Assembly: GCF_011745625.1 (NCBI RefSeq)
Contig: NW_027191453.1
Location: 1,302,001-1,327,248 of the forward strand
Source: Cladosporium halotolerans
Lineage: Eukaryota
DNA length: 25,248 nucleotides
Direction of reading: 5' to 3'
Shown: one piece after another, positions 9,113 to 19,542 of the stretch
Position numbering within the stretch: position 1 is the stretch's first letter
Layout of the letters: each line of letters begins with the position of its first letter
Made by a program: the position numbers and the translations under genes
The notes under the pieces: generated by a model
What the model saw: only the letters and a program-made list of their open reading frames with translations
What the model was told of the DNA's origin: nothing
The model's database searches: none

Positions 9113-9757
9113 CTTGGCGTAGTCTTGGCCTGATAGACGATCAGCCGCGGCAGCAAAGGGACAGCGTTGGACGGTGGCCTTGCAGCGCGGGGAAGGCGCT
9201 GGAGGCAGGCCAGGCAGGCCAGGCAGGCCAGGCATGCCGGTGGGGAGATGCGTGAGGTTGCATTGGGCCCGTCCGATACAGGCAGGCCAGGCCGCTTATC
9301 ACCTGCTGCCCTGGGAATAAGTGGGCTGCAGCGTTTGCGTGAGGTTATGGAAATTCCCACACCACGCCTTACGCTCCATTCGCACATCCCTAGTTTGTGG
9401 GGTGCCGTCGACGGTGCTCTTGGGCATGTCCGTGCTATCACCACATGGCGGGGAGACACACCGCGGCGGCCACTTCCATTAATCAACCGCGCCTGTCACT
9501 CTGCCGTGTCCAGCGGGCGCGCGAGATACCACCAACACACTGCCAACACCCGCACGTGCAGCAAGAAAACGTGGCTGCCAGGGTCGGATTGGCATTACTT
9601 TGACTTTCTTATTAGCTTCAAGCTAGAATGAAGAAGTCTTGTCAGGCTTGGGAGACTTTGCACATTCCCTTCTCTTGGCCCTCGGCTGACGCAGGTGGTC
9701 GTGTGTACCTCTCGCCTCGCTACGCAAGTCGAGAAGGCTTGATCGTCGACACTTGGC
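9113..9757. promoter_or_regulatory. Cluster of PacC-type GCCARG sites, with some GATA sites, in the permease upstream region
   Basis: GCCAGG at 9209, 9218, 9227, 9286 and 9577. CTTGGC (reverse GCCAAG) at 9113, 9124, 9674 and 9752. CTTATC at 9295-9300. Confidence 0.5.
9203..9234 (+). repeat. Tandem 9-bp repeat (AGGCAGGCC)x3.5, with a further copy at about 9280-9291
   Basis: Read directly: aggcaggcc aggcaggcc aggcaggcc aggca. Confidence 0.9.
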
Positions 9758-10788
9758 CGTCTTGATAATTCGTGGGAGATATCGCGCTTTGCGCCACACG
9801 CGATAATGCTGATGCAATGTGAGATACTTTCCGGGTGCGCCATTTACTCGCGCTGAAGCGAGTGCTGAAGCGAAGGCTGCATCGTCACGTGCTTGCGCCT
9901 CGTTTTTCCTTACTCATCGCTTCTGATGGCGCCAAACAGACTTTCGGGACATCTGCACCGAGGATGGCGAAGTGCCGACGATCTCTAGAGCACACCAGCA
10001 TTTTTTGACTAGCATCGGACTATGCTCCTCGCTAACGTCTAGAATGAAGTGAATCTCTTGTCTGTCTCGTTCTGTACTTGTCACAAGCGAGGAGGCACTG
10101 AAGCCGTCGATTAATCTGCCTGCCTGTCACCATCACAACAAACTTCTCCCCCACACAGAAAATCAGCCACAATAGCCATATCAAAGTATATTTCAGCCTT
10201 CAAGCAAACGATTACCCCCATGAAACAATCCTGCTCCGGCACTAACAGTCCCATCTCCCGTCCTCTCCCGACATCCTCCTCAGTCTCTCGTAACGCCAAC
10301 AAGCACCAGACATCCGAACATCGGCATCCTTCAAGCCACGAGCGCCAACCCAAAACCAACGTCTGGCCAAGCGGAACTGAATCCTGTCCACGAGTCGGGA
10401 TTCCAATACCGTGACACACAATTCCCACTATATTACCCTATCCCTCCGCTCTCCTCCGCTTATTTACCCCATACCCCAGCCTCAAGACCCCAGACCCCAA
10501 GCTTTGCACTCGGCACGTGTTTCTTCGACACGGCGATGGTGATGGGATTCTTGCGGATATTTTACCTCATCTCATGCAAGCCGGTATCCGACCGCACCCG
10601 GTCCGGCTACCTCTTTTCTTCCGTCGGATCTACCTTTCTCCTTGCCCAGGATCTCGTAGTTTCGTCTTCCTCCCATTCTTCACACCCTCTCTTCTTCTCA
10701 CAAACCTACCGATCTGCCTCTGGTCCCTCAACTCGCACACCGCCCTCTCCACAAACATCCTCCCTGCAACTCCATCTCTCCTCCATCC

Positions 10789-12677
10789 TCAGAACCCATT
10801 CGCCCACCCCGCCAACTTCCTCACCAACTCCTCCCCATAAACCGGCTGCACATCCCTACCCCCGTCATCCAACCCGCCCAGATAATCCGTCACATCCCGC
10901 CCATCGCTCTCCCGCGTATCGAACCCGTTCCCCAGAAACGCAAACCTGTTCCCCGCATCCCACCGCTCGATCTCGTAGTCCTCCCACCGCACCTCCCGAA
11001 GCAAGTGCAGGAAATGCAGCCGCGACCCGGGGTACACCACCGCTTGCCCGCCTTTCTCGCCCTGCTTGAACCAGCTCCGGCAGGGTGAGGTCCACGCCGT
11101 GCGCGCCAGGAAGAGGTCCGCGTGCTGTTTGAATTCGGCTGCTGCGGCGGGCTGCGGGGTCAGCGATTTCAGGTTCTCGATTTGCGCTTTGGTTATTGCT
11201 GTCAGGATGTAGGTCGTCCAGGCTTCGATGAGCGGCATGAAGGAGCCGTGGCCTAGGGGCCCGTAGGGGCCGCAGAAGGTGAAGTGGTTCGGGAAGGAGG
11301 GGATGCCGACGGAGAGGTAGGAGGTGAGGTTTGCGGGGTTGGACCAGAGGGTTCGCAGGTCGAGGCCCGCGCCGTTCAGGATGGGGAAGCGGGGGAGCCA
11401 GGTTGTGTTGAAGCCTGTTGCGCAGATTATCGCGTCGACGGGGTGTTCGGTCCCGGCGGTGTCGAGGAAGCCGGTGGGGGTGATGCGGTGCACGGGGTCC
11501 GTGTAGACGGTTGTGTTGGGGGAGACGAGCGCGTCGAGGTAGCCTGGTGCTGGGGTTGGGCGGCGGCAGCCTGGGTTGAAGTCGGTGGGGATCAGGGCGT
11601 CGCAGAGGCGTTTGTCGTCTTTGAGTGCGGCGCGCATCTGGGCTTCGGCTGCGTTGCGCGCGGCGTGCGATTCCGCGCTGCCTTTGATGATGAATTTGAA
11701 GCGCTGGTTGAGCTCGTTCTCGATCTGCTTGCGGTACTCGAGGTACTTCTTGGGGTTCTCTTCCAGGTATCGTTTTTGCTCCTCGGTGTATTCGAAGTTC
11801 GCGCCGTTCGCGCCCGCCCAGGTTTGGGCGAAGCCGGGCGTGATCCAGATGGGGCTGCGCACCCAGTGGTAGAGATGGGAGGCTTTCTTTTGGATGTTGG
11901 CGACGATTTGCACGCCGCTGCTGCCGGCGCCGATGACGGCTACGCGTTTGTTGTCGAGAGGGTAGCCTTCTTCGTAGGCGGCCGAGTGCATGAGTTTGCC
12001 TTTGTAGGAGTCGAGACCAGGGATATCGGGCCACTTAAAGTTGTTCAAGACACCTCCTGCGTTGATGAAGAATTCGGCTTCGTCTTCGAGGACGCTGTCG
12101 TTGGCTAGATCGCGGACTTGGAGTTTCCAGACTCCCTTTTTGTCGTCCCATTGGGCGTGCTCGATCTGGTGGCGGAGTTTGACGTATTTATTGATGAAGT
12201 CGTTCTCTTCGTAGATGTCCTTGAGGTATTCGTGGATCTCTGGCGAGTATGAGTAGAAGTGTGTCCAGGTCTTGATCTTCCATGTGAATTGGTAGTTGAC
12301 GCTGGGGATCTGCTTGACGTCAGTGAAAGAATTGGTTCAGCGAAAGGACAATAACACACATCGCAAGCACACCCAGGGTATCGGTTTTCCAGCCAAGTGC
12401 CGCCGATGTCGTGGTTCTTTTCGTATACAGCGAGCTCCACATTCTGCATCTGCTCTTCGGCCTTCTTCAGGAAGTTCACCGTCGACGCTCCGGCTCCCAT
12501 CAGAACAACGCGAACTTTGCGCTTTGTACCGAATGGCTCTTCGCGGATTCTGTAGCCGGAGGCGTCTGTCTTGGGAACATGAAGGCCGTCTCGTTCCGCC
12601 GTGCGAGGGTTGTGCTCAGAATCATGCCCACGGGCTGTGGCGGACGAACTGTTCGGACCATCCTGCTGTATGACCAT
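10789..12677 (-). CDS. Flavin-binding monooxygenase (Baeyer-Villiger type, StcW/MoxY-like), 2 exons (12677-12360, 12309-10789), about 612 aa
   Basis: Motifs VVLMGAGAS, VYEKN..IGGTWLENRYPGCACD-IPS..YQF, INAGGVLN..KWPDIPGL..YKGKLMHSAAY, VAVIGAGSSGVQ, GCRRPTP, IICATGF and W...C.SWFK. Intron 12310-12359 (GTGTGT..CTGAC..CAG) joins the two ORFs in frame. Confidence 0.93.
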
Positions 12678-13973
12678 ATTGGAGGTATTGAACTGGAAAC
12701 CTAAGATCTATGTGGATGAATGAGACTGGTGTGGTTGCACAAAGTCGACAAGTAGCTCAACACGAAATGCAGACGTCGAGGCTCGTCAAAAATGTGGACT
12801 GATGGCTGTCAGAGATATACACAGGTACCTCGCGCTGTACTCCATCGTGCCGCATGCATAGCCTCGGAACTACGAGTCGTGTCGAGGAAACGCCGGCAGC
12901 ACCCCACACCAAAAGGTGGGTGATCTCAGAGGAAGCTCATTTCCCTATATAGCGAATCGACTTCTGCGGTTGTGTCGGGGTGTGAAGACAAGTCTATCAA
13001 TACGCCTGACAGGTCGCGATGGCATAAGCTGATGAGGGAATGCGGTCAGCTTCGTCTTTAGGGCTGTGTTGGCATGTCGCTGTTGCGTGCCGAATGCGCT
13101 AAGATTGCTGCGCTCGCGCCCGAAGAGGTGGCAGTCTACTATCGCCATAATAAAAGAGGTGTCAAGTGAAGTATTCAACAGGGCGACATTAGTGCGGCTG
13201 ACAAGGCGTGGCCGCATGTCCATAATCTCGGGTTGTGGCGATGTCTGCATGATGATATCGCCCCAGGGGCTGCCTCGCCTATGAGCGTTTGTGTTGGTGG
13301 CTGTGAAGATCCGAGACTGCGCGCATACCGAGCCGGACTGCCAGAACACCACGGCACGTCCATGGATGCATCGTCTTCAAGGCTGCCCCGTTAGCTTATC
13401 TAATACCCTGACATGTCTCTTCAACCCACAGACTCCCCCAACAACGGCCTGTCTCTCGGCCAAGTGGGGAGCGACGCCATAGGGGTCTTGGCTCTGCGGA
13501 GCACCTGCTGTGCTGAACCCTGAGGCGCGACTGTGTCGCTTGAGCCGGGGAGCACGTCGTCGGCGCATGCGAGCACTTGCACTGCCTGACCTCCCACGCC
13601 GTGTTATGGCCCAGCCTCGAACACTTCTCGCCGCAGACAACACCTCCACCGGTCATTCTTAGCATCGGCCAGCATCGCTGCCATTCACCGCGCCGCTCAC
13701 TCCACTCTCCGCGCTGCAATCGACGTCCCACATCCAAGTACCGAGCCAGCCCGCTGCCGTCAGCCGCGTCGCGAACAACACCTGCTCGAAACATGCGACC
13801 GAGCATACCGTGAAGACGTCGCGCTGCAATATCCTTCCTCGCAGCCCACTCATGCGGCTCGCGCATCCTAGCAACACTCAGCCTGCTGGCAGGACTGCCC
13901 TTCGGCGCGACGATCGCCTTTCGGAGCTTGCCTTCGTCTCCATTTAATCGATTACGCCCTCTTTACCACCACG

Positions 13974-16900
13974 ATGTCTTACTACCAAGGCGGGAACTAC
14001 CAACCGCCTCCTTCCAGTCGCTACCAGGATACATATGCGCAATATCCACAAGGGCAAAATGGAGGATACACAAATCAGCAAGCGCCGCTGCCGCCGCCGC
14101 CTCCACCACAGCAGCAGCAATACCCGGGTCAGCCTACGTACGGTCAGCAGCAATACGGTGGGCCCGTACAGCAGTCGCAGGGCGGATATCAGAGTGCCAA
14201 TGTTACCTCACCGCGATCGACCTCATTTGCGTCTTCGTATCAGAGCCAATATCAGTCACCCCAAACGTACAATCCCCGGAACTATGCTCAATCGCCTCAG
14301 CAACCCCAAGGCCAAATACCCCAGTACAACCCTCAAAACTACGCCAGTGTGACTCCGGCGCCTTATCCATCTCAGTACAATCCGGCTGCATATCCCGAGC
14401 CTGCCGCTTCAGCGACCAGCGGCCCCATGGGTGACCCGTATGCTTATTCCCCAAGCAATCACTCGAGCGCCGGTTTTCCTTCGCCTCAGCAGGGGTCCTT
14501 CAGGCAATCGCCTCAGCAGCCCCAGTATACATCGCCGCATCAACAATACAGCCCTCAGCCGCCGCAAAATCAGTTCGCTCAGCAAACAAGCCCTCCGCCG
14601 CCCCAGCACTCGTATCCCTACCAATCTATGGCATCATCTGCGCAGCCATCGTATATCGAGATGCCGTACCCATCGGATGATTGGCAACAGCAAGTACGGA
14701 GACAAGGCTCGAGTGCTGGCCAAGAAACCAATATCTCACCTGCACTGCCCGGTCTTACGGATGGGCAGTACGCCGCGGCCCCGCCCTACCAGCCCGACAA
14801 CCACCAGCCACCTTCGCCTCTCTACGGGACGACATCACACGACTCATCGCCATCGCCGCCCAGTTCGACAGCTGGGCCTACACCGCCAGCTCATGGAGTC
14901 TCCTCTCGATCCAATACCCTTGGCAGACATCCGTCGCAGAGACCGCTGCCTGGTCTTCCCGAGCCTCAAGACGAGAGTGACTACTTTCAACACGGTCGTC
15001 AGATGAGCCGCGAGGAAGCGGAATCGCTCAATCAAGATGAATTGTTCGATCAAGTTGAGGACGCAATCCTCAATGCCGGCCGTCCTGGCCGCAGCCCGTC
15101 AATAGCTTTGACATCACCGCCATACGAATCTCACAGAACGCGTCAAAGCTTCGGCCATGTGTCGCCGCGAGATATTGGCATGGTCAACGGCCATCTCTCT
15201 CCGGTTCCCTCACAGCCAGCACAAAACGACCCGTACAGCGATGACAGCGATCCTGAGGCGGCAGCCGGGTTGGAAGCCATGCGTTTGGCTGAAGAGCGAG
15301 AGGCGGCTGATGACTTTCGACGGCAAAGCGGGAACAGCACGCAAACGCCGTTCACCGGCTACAATTCACAACGAGTCCCACGGCGAGACTCTCAGCGAAG
15401 TCCAGGGTCGCGTCAGAACGGCAATCGACTGAGCGATGGCGACGACTATTCGGGGGTTGATGTTTCGATGTTTGAAGGGGGCTTGGATGTGCACATGCCT
15501 TACGGTGGCGATCCAAGTCAGCTCGCTGCCGGCGGGGAGCTCAACGGCGATATGAACAGCCAACACAGCTCGATGCGGAGATCGCAGCGTTCTCAAAATT
15601 CAAGCTATGATTACAACATGGACAATATCCATCCATTCCCTCCCTTTAGGGACGCGAGAGTGGATGCAGGCGGCACTGGCGGCAATTATGAGCCACCGGC
15701 GGATGGCAGGAGACAGAGCTACGACGAGGGCGATGAGTACACTCTCATGGAGGGACAGATGCCAGAGCGCTTCCCAGACGAGCCTCCTGATGTCTTCTTC
15801 AACTCCGCTTCAGCGACATACCGCCCTCTCCCGCCACCTCCACCCGGCGAGGGTACTCCGCCGACGCCACAAAACGACCTCAAAGATGAATATCCGTATG
15901 CGCCTAATGGCTATGACATGAACGCGCAGGGTCAGTGGGTCCCTCGGTCTGCTTCCTTGATAAGCTATAGCAAGACACCCCCCGTCACTCAGCCGTTGAG
16001 GTCTAAAACGGATGCAGAGGAGCGTCGCTTGCGCCAAACGGCGCGGATGTCGAATTATTCGACTTACGAGACCGCACCAGCTAGCGCAAGTGCGGCGGCC
16101 ATCGATCTGCCGTCCTTGCCCACTCGGCGATTCGTGCCCTCTAAGTTAGGGACCCCTGATTTCAAGAAATGCGAGGAGCCTTGGGCTATGAGCGCTATTC
16201 TCTCATGGCTCATGATCGTCGCCAAGCCCGAGCAGACGACTGAGCTGAAGGAATCTGCCATCAAAGAAGCACTCGTCAACTTGTTCACCAGTAAAGTGCC
16301 CACGATGAACATTGCCGATGCAGAAGGTCTGAGTGATCGGGTCGCCGAAGACATGCACAAGGCTGGAGCTCTGCAACAAACCGAGGAATGGGTCAGGCTT
16401 ACACATGTCCCGATGTCTGGCGTGGTAATTCAGCTGACCAGTTCTGGCTGTTACTCTCCTACTATCCACAATCACGACGTTCCCGGCAGGTGCTACTCTC
16501 ATCATTGCCAGCGCACACTCAAGAAAGTCAACCTCCACACTCAGCCTGTGCGAGCTCACGAGACCTGGGCCGAGTTTTACAAGCTCAAGAAAGAGAACAT
16601 TGAGGGACGAGACAACAAAGAAATCGAACGCCAGAACGTCCTTCACGAGATTGTTCAGACAGAAGATAACTACATGGAGCAGCTCAACCTCCTGCGCATC
16701 ATCTACCGTGATCCTCTCGCCAAGGTGGAACCCTCCATCATCTCTCCGAAGCGGAAAGACAAGTTCCTGAAGGACGTGTTTGGTAAGCTTGAGGCGGTGA
16801 GAAAGGCCAACGAGGACCACCTCCTGCCTCAGCTCAAGTACAGGCAGCATGAGCAGGGTCCATGGGTCGTAGGATTCAGCGACATTTTCCGGCAATGGAT

Positions 16901-19152
16901 CCGCAAGGCCAAGGTAGCGTACATTGAATACGCCAGCTCTTTCCCAGGTGCAAGCTTCATGGTTCGCACGGAAATGGAGCGCAACATCCAGTTCGCTGGT
17001 TTCCTGGACAAGGCGCGGAACGATCCCAGGGGCAAAAGACTTGGCTGGGACACGTACCTGAAGTCTCCTATTACTCGCCTGCAGCGGTATACTCTTCTTC
17101 TGCATACCGTGCTGAAGAATATGAAGACCGAGAGCGAGGAGAAAACGAATCTGCAGATTGCGTACGATGAAGTCAAAGCGGTCACTCTGGATTGTGACGC
17201 GCATGTCGCCGAACATCAGCGAAAGGTCGATCTCGCTGATCTCAACAACAAGCTTGTCCTCAGGCCTGGCATGCAAACTGCCGTGGAGCTAAATCTCACC
17301 CATCTCGGTCGTGAGTTGGTGCACCGTGGCGATCTGCAGAGAATGGGAGGCAATCGCTTCACTTGGCTTGACAGCCACACTCTGTTGTTCGATCACTACC
17401 TCGTTATTGCGAAGATTGTTGCCCACCGCCATGAACTCGGTGGCAGGATAGAGAAGTACGATGTTTCGCGACTGCCGATTCCTATGGACTTGCTCGTTCT
17501 TGAGAGCACCGTCGACCCGCCGGTCCAAAAGTCTTCCTATGTCAATCGCATCACCACTGTCTCCGCGGTCTCTGGAAGGTCGGTTGCCGCCGATCAATCG
17601 GCTCTAGGCAGGACGCAGTCGAATTCGCCCGCCCCGGGGCTGGCGAACACGAATACCGGCTTATCATCAAACAGTCTCCATACGGTGACTTCAATCGACA
17701 CAGGTGGCAAAGATTCGGAGAAGATCCTGTATCCGATCCGCATCAAACACCTTGGACGGGAGAATTATACTCTATTCGCACACACGGAGCAGGCAAGGCG
17801 GGACTGGTGCACGAAGATCATTGAAGCGAAGACTAAGCACGCCAAAGCGCTCTACGCACAGCATGCAGAGCCGTTCAGGCTGCGCGTCATGGCTGACTCG
17901 GCTTTCGTGTACGATGCCTTTGCGGGAACTGCAGGCAAGACACTTGTCATCAAGGGTACTCCGATCGATCGTGCGATTGAAGAGGTCGAGCAGAGATTTA
18001 AGGATACCGGTCGACCAGGACCAATTTGCAGGGCGAGAGTCAATTGCGCAACGAGCTTCTCCATGCCGTACCCGGGCAAGCAGATGGTGGCTGTGGGGAC
18101 TGACTTTGGCGTTTTCGTGAGCGAGGCGGACAATCCACGAGGTTGGACGAAGGTACGTTCTGACGAGAATCTTCTTGAGAATGCAGCTGCTGACAACTTT
18201 CTAGACTATCAGCATGACGAAAGTCACCCAAATCGCCGTGCTGGAAGAATTCAACCTCTTCTTGCTCATCTCTGACAAGTCTCTCATCGCTTACCACCTC
18301 GATGTGATGACCGCCGGTCCAGCCAGCAACATCGACTCTGCTCGAAAAGCGCCCCAGAAGCTTTCCGGCAGCCGTGACGTCGGCTTCTTCGTCGCCGGCC
18401 GCATGAAAGATCGGACCTTGGTCTTCTACAAAAAGCGTGACAACCTCTCATCGACGTTCAAAGTCCTCGAGCCCATCTACCAGAAGTCTTCCGAGCGCAA
18501 GCGCGCTGGCTTCTTCAAGCGCGGCAGCACAGAGTTCTTCCGCGAGTTCGACGACTTCTACATCCCCACTGAGTGCACCGGCATCAATCTCTTCACCTCC
18601 TCCCTAGCCGTCAGTACCTCCCGCGGCTTCGAGGTCTTGTCTCTCGAGCGTAAGGTCCCGCAAAGCGTCCCGGAGGTCCAGGGCGAGAGCGTGCAGAACA
18701 TCGTGAGGCACATCAAGGACCAGCGCGCTCTCTGCATGCTCCGCCTCAGCGAAGCCGAGTTCTTGCTTTGCTACGCGCAGTGTGCCGTCTACGTCAACAA
18801 GCACGGCGAGATCTCGCGCAGCGTCATCATGGAGTTCGTCGGCACCGCGCACGCTGCTGCCCTGAGCGGCGCATACCTGGTCCTGTTCGACCCGGATTTC
18901 ATCGAGATCCGCAACGCGCAGAATGGTCGTTTGAAGCAGATCATCGCTGGCAGGGAGGTCAAGTGTCTGGATGATGGTGGGGAGTACAATGCGGGCTTGA
19001 ATCGCCCGCCGGGCCCGACGGGCAACGGCAGTGCTTATGGAAGTAGTGCGGCGGGCGGTAGGTCAGTCAAGGCCGTCATGCAGCATCCGGAGAATGAGAG
19101 GACGCAGATTGTCGTTGAGTTGTTGCTGAATGAGGAGATGAAGGAGGGGTAA
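13974..19152 (+). CDS. rgf3: Rho guanine nucleotide exchange factor with DH-PH-CNH domains, Rgf3/Tus1-like, 2 exons (13974-18152, 18205-19152), about 1708 aa
   Basis: Long P/Q/Y/S-rich N-terminus, CYSP..CYSHHCQRT segment, DH domain (EIERQNVLHEIVQTEDNY...YLKSPITRLQRYTLLL), PH domain (LGRELVHRGDL..LLFDHYLV) and CNH domain (VAVGTDFGVF..VTQIAVLEEFNLFLLISDKSL). Intron 18153-18204 (GTACGT..CTGAC..TAG). The choice of Rgf3 over the Rom2/Rgf1 subfamily is an inference. Confidence 0.9.
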
Positions 19153-19542
19153 GGGAAGGTTTGTGTATGGAAAATGGGATTTGGTTAGGCATTTCGATGT
19201 GATTTGGTTCTGCGCTTTCGCTTTTTTTTTGGCTGGATGAGGAGATCATCTTCGCAAGGGATTTTGGTGTTCGATACCATGGGGTCTTCTAGCAGCGGAT
19301 CCGGACATCTTGGATGTAGCAACAGGCTGGGATCGAAAGAAACGTCGTCACTACATTGCATTGCTTACGCCTTGGTTTTCCGTTTCCAGTCTGGTCTGAT
19401 TCTTACAGTCTTGATTACTACTGCAGATAAAGATCATTGCTATCGTCAAATTCATCGATTGTTGCTTGCATCGTTTGTAGTACCATTTGGAACTAACTGA
19501 CAGCGCTTCACAGACCACGAAAAAACACCACACGCATCCTTC

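Noticed and set aside
10111..10788. Short ORFs and a C-rich tract between the permease promoter and the monooxygenase stop
   Set aside because: No recognisable protein and no consistent splice model. The composition continues the G-rich 3' end of the monooxygenase, so it is probably 3' UTR or intergenic.
10865..12034. 389-aa alternative-frame ORF in the monooxygenase (also 5288-6085 and 22821-23870)
   Set aside because: R/P-rich or mixed-frame translations overlapping well-supported genes. 22821-23870 is permease exon 1 read through its intron.
12700..13970. Several 60-160 aa ORFs between the monooxygenase and the RhoGEF
   Set aside because: Overlapping on both strands with no domain signal. 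Best read as a divergent promoter and 5' leader region.
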